Assembly: GCA_033761855.1 (NCBI GenBank)
Contig: JANRMG010000065.1
Location: forward strand, 1 to 42,611
Reading direction: 5' to 3'
Source of the DNA: Candidatus Caenarcanales bacterium
Lineage (GTDB): Bacteria; Cyanobacteriota; Vampirovibrionia; Caenarcaniphilales; Caenarcanaceae
DNA length: 42,611 nt
The translations under genes and the position numbers were made by a program. The notes beneath the pieces were generated by a model. It was not told the origin of the DNA. It did no database searches and saw only the letters and a list, made by a program, of their open reading frames with translations. Position 1 is the first letter of the stretch. Each line of letters opens with the position of its first letter. Positions 1 to 7,368 of this stretch are shown one piece after another.

Positions 1-648
1 TAGCTTTTCATCGATTGCAAAATATATCTCTAAGATTATATGATCTTCCTTCATCTCTCCTAATCCTCGATCTAAGCAATCTTAGTTTTGGGAGAGACCT
101 TCCTTTTTTGCAATATGTCAAACACGCACCATTAGTTATTAGGGTCTGTTTTATTATTACTCTCTGAAACTTGAGTTCTTATTAAATGAACCTTTATGTA
201 TTGCTGGTCTCTATTATCCGGTGGTAGGTTATTAATTGGATAATTCATAATTTTTTATAAAAGCGCTGTTTGCATTTTTCCCTTCTGTAAAAGATTTTCT
301 CTTTTATATAGGTAATTCCCGGGCTTATTTGTCAGCTTTACAAAGTGAAGTATCTGTCTAATGCAAGTTTTGTTTTTGTTAGCTACTTTTGCAATACCTC
401 AAGCATCGTTAAATAATATATAGATCAGTTGATTCTGTCGCACCAGAGGTTTGGTCAAAGCAAATCCACGATTTATTGAAATAATTAGTGTTTAATGTTT
501 CAATTGAGGAGTATAACGATGAATCAGCTCTTTAAAACGGTTTTACCATCTATCCTAAAGATTTAGTATCGTTAGCAGTGAAGCAATAATTTCTTAGTCA
601 ATCAATAGCGCGATAGAATTTACTTCCTACTTATTTATCTAATTTACT

Positions 649-2112
649 ATGTTTGATTCCTCTCTCCGCGTAAGAATTCCTCCAAGCCCAACAGGCCCAT
701 TACACCTTGGAACAGCAAGAACAGCCTTGTATAACTTACTTTTGGTTAAACGCTACGGTGGAAAATTCGTCTTTCGCTTGGAAGATACAGACCGCGAGAG
801 AAGCAAGAGCGAATACGTTAGCGACATCATTAACAGTTTTAAATGGCTAGGTATAACTTGGGACGAAGGGCCTCTTCGCCAGAGCGAGCATAAAGTTAGG
901 CACCAACTGGTTGTGCAGGAGCTCATTAAAAAAGGAAAAGCCTACGAATGCTTTTGTAGCCAAGAAGAACTTGACGAGATCAGGCGAGCGCAGCGAGCTA
1001 TGAATCAAGTTGAAGGCTACGATAATCGTCATAGAAATCTTTCCGATGAGCAAAAAGCTTCTTTTAGGGCCGAAGGCCGTAAGCCTGTGACTCGCTTTAG
1101 GCTTCCAGATAATTCTGAGGTGGTTTGGAATGATTTGATTCGCGGCAAGATGACGGTGAATACCTCTGATTTAGGCGGTGATCCGGTAATAGCCAAAGAT
1201 AACGGTGATGTTCTCTATAACTTTGCAGTCGTCGTTGATGACCACGATGCCGCTATTAATTGCATAATTCGTGGGGAAGACCATCTACACAATACAGCTA
1301 AGCAAATTCCTTTGTATCAGGCTATGGAGTGGGAAGTCCCGCATTTTGCACATGTACCGTTAATTTTAACTGCCAATCGTGAGAAGCTCTCTAAGCGTAA
1401 ACACGGAGATATTGCAAGTATCTCTAAATATATTAACGAAGGCTATCTTCCGGAGGCGATTGTTAATTATTTAATTGCTATGAGCTGGCGTTTCCCTTCG
1501 GCTGATGGTTCTGAGTCGCGTGAAATTTTTAGTTTTGAAGAAGCTTGTCAGGTCTTTGATTTAAATGACATAAGCAAGAGTGCTGCCGTTTATGATTTCC
1601 AAAAGCTGCACTGGTTCTGCAAGGAGCATTTTAAAAATCTTCCTTCCGAAGAGGTCCTGTGCAGAGCTAAGCCCTTTCTGGAAGCTGAGGAAGTTTTTTT
1701 GGTTGAATACACTGAAGAAGAGCAATTAAAGATGGTTTCTTTGGTTAAAGATGGTTTGGTTATGCTCTCAGAGATGCCTGAGCAACTTAAAGTATTTTGT
1801 AAAGAACCTGATTTACACCATCTATCGCACGAAGCCAAAGAGTGTTTAGAGGATCCTTCCGCTAAAAAGATAATACAAACTTTTAAAGATATTCTTGTGG
1901 AACATCCTGTATCTGAAGCAATTAATGGAAAAGTTTTATTGGAAGATTTGTCGACTAAAACCGGAATTAAAAAAGGTAAAAAACTCTTTTGGCCTTTGCG
2001 GGTTTGTTTGTCGGGGCAAGTTCATGGGCCAGATCTTTCGACTATGCTTGAGCTTTTAAAGAGAGATAGAGTACTTAATCGTTTGGATAAGGCTCTTGAG
2101 TTTATTGGGTGA
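649..2112 (+). CDS. gltX: Glutamate--tRNA ligase (class I aminoacyl-tRNA synthetase)
   Basis: 487-aa ORF. It has a HIGH-type region 'PSPTGPLHLGTARTALYN' and a KMSKS-type 'KLSKRK', and its overall layout matches bacterial GluRS. It ends at TGA. Confidence 0.93.
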   Translation: MFDSSLRVRIPPSPTGPLHLGTARTALYNLLLVKRYGGKFVFRLEDTDRERSKSEYVSDIINSFKWLGITWDEGPLRQSEHKVRHQLVVQELIKKGKAYECFCSQEELDEIRRAQRAMNQVEGYDNRHRNLSDEQKASFRAEGRKPVTRFRLPDNSEVVWNDLIRGKMTVNTSDLGGDPVIAKDNGDVLYNFAVVVDDHDAAINCIIRGEDHLHNTAKQIPLYQAMEWEVPHFAHVPLILTANREKLSKRKHGDIASISKYINEGYLPEAIVNYLIAMSWRFPSADGSESREIFSFEEACQVFDLNDISKSAAVYDFQKLHWFCKEHFKNLPSEEVLCRAKPFLEAEEVFLVEYTEEEQLKMVSLVKDGLVMLSEMPEQLKVFCKEPDLHHLSHEAKECLEDPSAKKIIQTFKDILVEHPVSEAINGKVLLEDLSTKTGIKKGKKLFWPLRVCLSGQVHGPDLSTMLELLKRDRVLNRLDKALEFIG

Positions 2113-2168
2113 GGGCTGGAATATACTAATGCCTGCTTTTTTATAAATTAACTTTATCATTCTTGTCT

Positions 2169-2197
2169 GTAGTGGAAGGTTTTAAACCTTCCACTAC
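2169..2197. repeat. Perfect 29-nt palindrome (14-bp arms) between convergent genes
   Basis: GTAGTGGAAGGTTT-T-AAACCTTCCACTAC. The arms are exact reverse complements and no U-tract follows on either strand. Confidence 0.8.
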
Positions 2198-2203
2198 TAG
2201 GAG

Positions 2204-2224
2204 ATCCTGAACTTGATTCAGGAT
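2204..2224. repeat. 8-bp stem / 5-nt loop hairpin, related to the hairpin at 11209..11229
   Basis: ATCCTGAA-CTTGA-TTCAGGAT, located 13 nt beyond the stop of the minus-strand DUF309 gene. Confidence 0.7.
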
Positions 2225-2236
2225 GACAGAATATCT

Positions 2237-2665
2237 TCATAAATTAAAAACCAACTTCAAACCCGTCTCTTTAGCAATAACCTCTAACTGCGCTCTTTCG
2301 CAATTTTCAAGTCTTTCAATCAGCTTTTTCAAGGAGTCTTTAATTTCATCTACATTAAATTGAGATAAATTTAAGCCTCTTTCAATTTGTTTATAAGCTA
2401 ATTGGTATAAAAACAAAGAGCTAAAACTTCCATTTGTAAGATGTACACCAGCTGCTGCTGTCCGAACCAAAAACAAACAAATTTCTCTGTCTTCGTCTTC
2501 ACTCATCTGTTGCCAGAGTATTTCAAAAAACTCATGCCCTTCGTAGAATTCACCTTTATTAAAAAGCTCAATCCCTTGGTTTAGAGTTTCTAACTGTTCT
2601 TCATCTAGCTGCATTTTTAGTTTTAAATATTTGTAATACTTTTTCTTGAATTTGCTTACAAACAA
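2237..2665 (-). CDS. DUF309-domain protein
   Basis: 'LFNKGEFYEGHEFFEILW' fits the DUF309 signature (aromatic-E-x-H-E-x-x-E-x-x-W). The true start may be the internal Met at 'MQLDEEQ' (about 2614). Confidence 0.7.
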   Translation of the reverse strand: MFVSKFKKKYYKYLKLKMQLDEEQLETLNQGIELFNKGEFYEGHEFFEILWQQMSEDEDREICLFLVRTAAAGVHLTNGSFSSLFLYQLAYKQIERGLNLSQFNVDEIKDSLKKLIERLENCERAQLEVIAKETGLKLVFNL

Positions 2666-2725
2666 AGTTAATAGGTAACATTTACTAATTACTAACTTTA
2701 GTCAAAATATTAAACTAATAAACAA

Positions 2726-3472
2726 ATGATTGAATTACTTACCAACCCTGCAACATATATAAGTCTTCTAACCCTTGTTGCAATGGAGATAGTGCTAGGT
2801 GTGGACAACGTTATTTTTATTTCTATTCTTGCAGGCAAGCTTCCAGCTGAACAAAAGAATAAAGCAAGAATTATAGGTTTGAGTTTAGCTGTTGGAACAA
2901 GATTAATACTATTATTTAGTTTAACCTGGCTCATGGGTTTAACTAAGCCTCTCATAACCATAGATCCGCTGAATATTCATCTTTCGGGTAAGGATTTAAT
3001 TCTTTTAGGAGGAGGTCTATTTTTAATCTATAAAAGCAGTCAAGAAATTTACGAAAAGGTTGAAGGAGAGGAGCATGCCACCGAGGTTAAAAATACCAGT
3101 ATGGGTATTAATGCCTTTCAGTCTGTAATTATTCAAATTATTATTATTGATACCGTCTTCTCGCTTGACTCCATAATTACAGCCGTGGGAATGGTTAATA
3201 ATATTGCAATAATGGTTACGGCCGTTTTGATTTCGCTTGCCGTTATGATTTTTTCAGCACCAAAGATCGGTGACTTCATCGATGAGCACCCATCAGTCAA
3301 AATTCTTGCGCTTAGTTTCTTGTTAATGATTGGAACCATGCTTGTGGCCGAAGCTTTCCACGTTCAGATTCCTAAAGGCTATATTTACTTTGCTCTTGTT
3401 TATGCTCTTATGGTCGAGGCTTTCAATATTCGTTTCCGTCAAAAACGGGCAAAAGCTAATATAAATCCATGA
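2726..3472 (+). CDS. TerC-family integral membrane protein
   Basis: Polytopic 248-aa ORF with the duplicated TerC-type motifs 'LGVDNVIFISIL' and 'FSLDSIITAVGM'. Its stop overlaps the pyrC start (ATGA). Confidence 0.8.
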   Translation: MIELLTNPATYISLLTLVAMEIVLGVDNVIFISILAGKLPAEQKNKARIIGLSLAVGTRLILLFSLTWLMGLTKPLITIDPLNIHLSGKDLILLGGGLFLIYKSSQEIYEKVEGEEHATEVKNTSMGINAFQSVIIQIIIIDTVFSLDSIITAVGMVNNIAIMVTAVLISLAVMIFSAPKIGDFIDEHPSVKILALSFLLMIGTMLVAEAFHVQIPKGYIYFALVYALMVEAFNIRFRQKRAKANINP

Positions 3473-4797
3473 CAAAACAACTTTATGATTTAATTCTCAA
3501 AGATGGAATTTGTGTTTTACCTTCGGGCATAGAGCAATTAGACATTGCTATCAAAGATGGCTTAATAGTCGACATAGGGAGCTTTTCCTCGTCGCAGGCG
3601 ACTCGGACTGTGGATTGCAAAAATTTGCATGTTTTGCCGGGAGTTATAGACTCTCAGGTTCACTTTAGAGAGCCTGGTATGGAATACAAAGAGGATTTAG
3701 AATCTGGTACTCGTTCAGCCATTCTCGGTGGGGTTACAACCGTCTTTGAAATGCCAAATACTAAACCACCAACCATCTCGGAGGAAGCTCTCAATGATAA
3801 ACTCCAAAGAGCAAAGGGAAGAGCATGGTGTGATCATGCCTTTTTTATTGGGGGTACTCTAAACCATGATATAGATTGGGGTTCTTTAGAATTCCTCGAT
3901 GGATGCTGCGGAATAAAGATTTTTATGGGATCTTCGACTGGTAATCTGCTTGTTTCTGAAGATGAGGCCTTGGATGAAATCTTTAGAAATTCTCGTCGGC
4001 GTATAGCTATTCATGCTGAAGACGAGCATATCCTCAGGGAGCGCGCTCATATTGCACAAGAGGGTAGGCACCCGCGTTTTCATCCCGAGTGGCGTAACGT
4101 TGATTCGGCTTTGAATGCGACTAAAAGAATCATAAATATTGCTCGTCGCTATAAGCATCCCTTGCATGTTTTGCACATAACAACCGCTGACGAAATAGAG
4201 TTTTTGGCTCAACACAAAGACATTGCTACGGTCGAAGTTACTCCACAGCACTTAACTCTCACAGACGAAGCTTACGAAAGAATAGGAACCTTGGCTCAGA
4301 TGAATCCTCCGATTAGAAGCCAACAGCATCAAGATGGTTTGTGGGAAGGAATCCGGATAGGCATCGTTGATGTGATTGGCTCGGATCACGCTCCTCACGC
4401 TCTGGATGAAAAAAACAAAGAATATCCAGCTAGCCCTTCGGGCATGCCTGGCGTTCAAACAATGGTTCCTTTAATGCTTAATCACGTTAATAACCAAAAG
4501 CTCTCGCTGCAAAGGTTTGTTGATTTGCTTTGTTCCGGGCCAGCGCGGATTTATGGTATTTCTCGTAAGGGTAGAATAGCTGTTGGTTATGACGCTGATT
4601 TCACAATTGTTGATTTGCAGGCTGAAAAAACAATTTCTAATTCTCAATCCGCAAGTAAATGCGGCTGGACGCCATTTGATGGTATGAAAGTCAAGGGATG
4701 GCCCCAAGCAACGATTATTAGAGGCAATATTGTTATGCAAAATGATGAGGTTCAGGGAAGCCCTTTGGGCGAGAAAGTCTCTTTTATTGGTGCTTAA
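3469..4797 (+). CDS. pyrC: Dihydroorotase (amidohydrolase superfamily)
   Basis: 442 aa with metal-ligand motifs 'DSQVHFREPG', 'IHAED' and 'GSDHAPH'. The layout is that of a long-type dihydroorotase; allantoinase cannot be fully excluded. Confidence 0.85.
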   Translation: MTKQLYDLILKDGICVLPSGIEQLDIAIKDGLIVDIGSFSSSQATRTVDCKNLHVLPGVIDSQVHFREPGMEYKEDLESGTRSAILGGVTTVFEMPNTKPPTISEEALNDKLQRAKGRAWCDHAFFIGGTLNHDIDWGSLEFLDGCCGIKIFMGSSTGNLLVSEDEALDEIFRNSRRRIAIHAEDEHILRERAHIAQEGRHPRFHPEWRNVDSALNATKRIINIARRYKHPLHVLHITTADEIEFLAQHKDIATVEVTPQHLTLTDEAYERIGTLAQMNPPIRSQQHQDGLWEGIRIGIVDVIGSDHAPHALDEKNKEYPASPSGMPGVQTMVPLMLNHVNNQKLSLQRFVDLLCSGPARIYGISRKGRIAVGYDADFTIVDLQAEKTISNSQSASKCGWTPFDGMKVKGWPQATIIRGNIVMQNDEVQGSPLGEKVSFIGA

Positions 4798-4799
4798 AT

Positions 4800-5072
4800 T
4801 TAAGGCAGTTCAATCGGTCTTGCTTCCACACCAGGCATTAAAGTTCCCTCTAATTCAATATTTGGTGATAAAAAAGATCTTTGTTGCTCTGCCTCATTTA
4901 TGGCTGCGGTTAGGAAAGAGTCTTCTGGGGCATTAGGATTAGGATTGATTACTCGAACAGGCTTAAACATATTTTCTGGCATTACTGAGTCCTCTTGGTC
5001 TCGATAATACATTCCATCAAGCAAGCTTCTATCTGAGTTGTTTTGATTTCCAATCGGAATTAGTGAAGTCAT
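4800..5072 (-). CDS. Hypothetical 90-aa protein (doubtful)
   Basis: Open frame only. There is no Shine-Dalgarno sequence and no recognisable motif. Confidence 0.25.
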   Translation of the reverse strand: MTSLIPIGNQNNSDRSLLDGMYYRDQEDSVMPENMFKPVRVINPNPNAPEDSFLTAAINEAEQQRSFLSPNIELEGTLMPGVEARPIELP

Positions 5073-5336
5073 CTTATTTACTTTTTGTTAATTATTTGAA
5101 ACTAAAAATGAAATGTTACAGTTTATAAGAAAGTCAACTAAAACTTAAGTAAATTTAAGTTATTCTAAATCCACCCTAAAAAATAACAAGATTCCCCAAT
5201 AGCCGAGCTTTAACGTTAGTAAGCTACATTAAAGATGTAAGAAGAGCATAGCAGATCTCCCTCCCAATTATCTCCAAGCATCTTCTAGTTATAATTTCTC
5301 TCCCTCCAAATCTTGACCTAAACGCAATCCATCTAA

Positions 5337-5363
5337 AACCCAGCCGGCACAGCTGGGTTTTTT
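5337..5363. terminator. Bidirectional intrinsic terminator, stronger on the + strand
   Basis: AACCCAGC-CGGCACA-GCTGGGTT followed by TTTTTTG on +. On the minus strand it is preceded by an A4 run, giving U4. Confidence 0.7.
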
Positions 5364-5393
5364 GTTTTGATACGAGAAGCTTTTAACGGTGAG

Positions 5394-5495
5394 TCACCCC
5401 CTAACCCCCTTGACAGGGGGAACTTGAGCAACCTTTTTCTTAGCTCCTCCTGTCAAGGAGGCGGGGAGGTGATACAGCAGAGGGGTTGGGGGTGA
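5394..5495. repeat. GC-rich nested imperfect palindrome (about 100 nt) abutting the stop of the PIG-L gene
   Basis: Outer arms are TCACCCCCTAACCCC and GGGGTTGGGGGTGA. Inner hairpins are CCCCCT-TGAC-AGGGGG and CCTCC-TGTCAA-GGAGG, whose TTGACA and TGTCAA cores are reverse complements. Confidence 0.75.
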
Positions 5496-5501
5496 GGGTT
5501 C

Positions 5502-6314
5502 TCAAAACCCAAAGAGACCTTGTGTCTTAACAATTTTAAAGCACTCTGCATACTTGCTTTTGCCGCTGGTTAAAATACCGCGATACTCCGCAAGAGCTCT
5601 GCTAGAGTCTTGATAGTGAATATCTTCAATTTGAGATTTGTGTTCTTCAAGAGCTTTAACTTTTAAATCTATAAAATCTGTAATATCTTCACAATAGCTG
5701 GTACTGCTCATTGGAGGGTGTACTTCGTATTCTAAAATATGTGAGACTTCCCAGGGCTTACCCTCGACTTCTTGGAACCATGGTCCACTAGCCCGACCAA
5801 CGGCATTCATTACTAATTCATTAGTAGTCCTGTGGTCTTTGTGTCCTTCTTCCTTACTTGTAACATAAACAACATTGGGTTGCTTTTCTCGGATAATTCG
5901 CATTAGTTTAATTAAATTTTCTTTGCTGGCTTCAAGGTAACCATCTGGGTTGCGAAGAAATATAAGTTCCTTAACTCCGAGCATTTTGGCTCCTCGACTG
6001 GCTTCTTCTTCTCGCATGATGGCTAAGTCATTCTTATTTATGCCTATATTTCCCGAATCGCCAGAGGTCATATAAACAACTGATACTTCATTTCCGTTTT
6101 TTATATGCTTTGCTATACTTCCACCGCAGCCGATTAATTCATCGTCCGGATGCGGAGCAAAGACTATAATTTTTAAATTTGTCTTTGTGTTTGATTCGCT
6201 TTTGGCTTGGTTTGTAACAGTTGTCAGAGAATTTATAACGATTACTACAAAACTAATCATCAATAAATTTCTGATACCCCATTTCATCATAATTTTCATA
6301 AAAAAGCCTACCAA
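5502..6314 (-). CDS. PIG-L/LmbE-family N-acetylglucosaminyl deacetylase with an N-terminal hydrophobic anchor or signal
   Basis: 'FAPHPDDELIGCGG' plus a downstream 'HKDH' match the PIG-L zinc-site motifs. The N-terminus 'IRNLLMISFVVIVINSL' is hydrophobic. Confidence 0.8.
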   Translation of the reverse strand: MVGFFMKIMMKWGIRNLLMISFVVIVINSLTTVTNQAKSESNTKTNLKIIVFAPHPDDELIGCGGSIAKHIKNGNEVSVVYMTSGDSGNIGINKNDLAIMREEEASRGAKMLGVKELIFLRNPDGYLEASKENLIKLMRIIREKQPNVVYVTSKEEGHKDHRTTNELVMNAVGRASGPWFQEVEGKPWEVSHILEYEVHPPMSSTSYCEDITDFIDLKVKALEEHKSQIEDIHYQDSSRALAEYRGILTSGKSKYAECFKIVKTQGLFGF

Positions 6315-6375
6315 TATTTGCTAACGAATATGATAGGCTTTCCTCAATTAAAAAAGCGAGTAGAAGAGTTATTAC

Positions 6376-7032
6376 TTAGTTAGTAATTAATTCAGGTTCG
6401 CTGTTAACTTCGATTGCAATTATGCCTTTGGAAGCCTTTTGGGCTTGCTGATAACTTGTATCTTTGAAACCATCCATTGACATTAACTGACTTGGATCGC
6501 CTGGTTTGTATGTAATACAACTCAGTGAGGTGAGAGAGGTTGACTCAATCAAGACTTCTGTTTCATTTCCAAAACCTAATCTTGTGTCAGTTACATTAAA
6601 CTCTGTTCCAGCTGGAACTTTACGCAAGCCTGGAGAATAAGTAGCTAATTTAATTTTGCATTCAGTTTTGAATCCGCGGCTTCCAATAGCGCCTAGCATA
6701 ACCTCTGTCTGGTTTGGCGGAACAATTAGGTCTTTTTTAAAAACAACCTTTGATTTTGCTGGAACACCAGTTAAGTCTTCAGGAATAATTGGTTTGATTT
6801 TTTCTTCTTCTTTTGCTTTTTCAGCCATTTGTTGGCCGTTTTGTCCTTGATTCATTGAAGGATTCGCGGCGTTATTCATTCCTGGAGGTGGTGGAGCCAC
6901 ATTTTGCATTTGTCCAGCTGGTGGAGGCAGTGGTGCAGCGTTTGGATCATTGGATTGACCAACAGAGTTCAGAGACACAACGCCTCCAAATAATAAAATA
7001 CATGCGCCACCGATAATAAAGTACTTGTTCAT
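6376..7032 (-). CDS. Secreted hypothetical protein with a Pro/Asn/Gln-rich linker
   Basis: Signal-like N-terminus 'MNKYFIIGGACILLFGGVV', then 'PLPPPAGQMQNVAPPPPG', then a beta-rich C-terminal half. It lies 61 nt upstream of the PIG-L gene on the same strand. Confidence 0.6.
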   Translation of the reverse strand: MNKYFIIGGACILLFGGVVSLNSVGQSNDPNAAPLPPPAGQMQNVAPPPPGMNNAANPSMNQGQNGQQMAEKAKEEEKIKPIIPEDLTGVPAKSKVVFKKDLIVPPNQTEVMLGAIGSRGFKTECKIKLATYSPGLRKVPAGTEFNVTDTRLGFGNETEVLIESTSLTSLSCITYKPGDPSQLMSMDGFKDTSYQQAQKASKGIIAIEVNSEPELITN

Positions 7033-7368
7033 GGTTGAACCAATTTAAGAGTTATAGCTTTAATATTTCCAATCGGTCAATTTAAAAACCTCTGAAGTCA
7101 ACCTCCCTATCGTTCTCTCTATTAAAGTTATTGATAACCCGAAATGCCTACCCTAATTTGTAATGCGTTGTTTTGTTTTAATCCTTTTCTCTGGAGATGT
7201 TCTCAAAAACTTTGAATTTAATTAATTTTTTATGATTTCAGGAATATAGCTTTTAAAGTATTAGATTCTTGCAATCAAATTTCCAAGGTCTTTAATTAGC
7301 TTAGTCTTTGGAACTTCATTTCTTTAAACTTAATGTAACAATCAATTTCCTAATTTATTAAAACTCAA

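Noticed and set aside
1-648. Looked for a T-box leader or another structured RNA upstream of gltX, and for coding potential in this 648-nt spacer.
   Set aside because: There is no T-box core (AATTAGGGTGGTACCGCG-like) and no specifier hairpin. I found only a 37-codon minus ORF (ATG near 250) and an 18-codon minus-strand ORF running off the left edge (ATG at 54..52, SD too close). Neither is supportable.
2666-2725. Expected yybP-ykoY (Mn2+) riboswitch upstream of the TerC-family gene.
   Set aside because: The spacer is only about 60 nt, AT-rich, and lacks the conserved GGAGAGUAG/GGGGAGUA-type cores.
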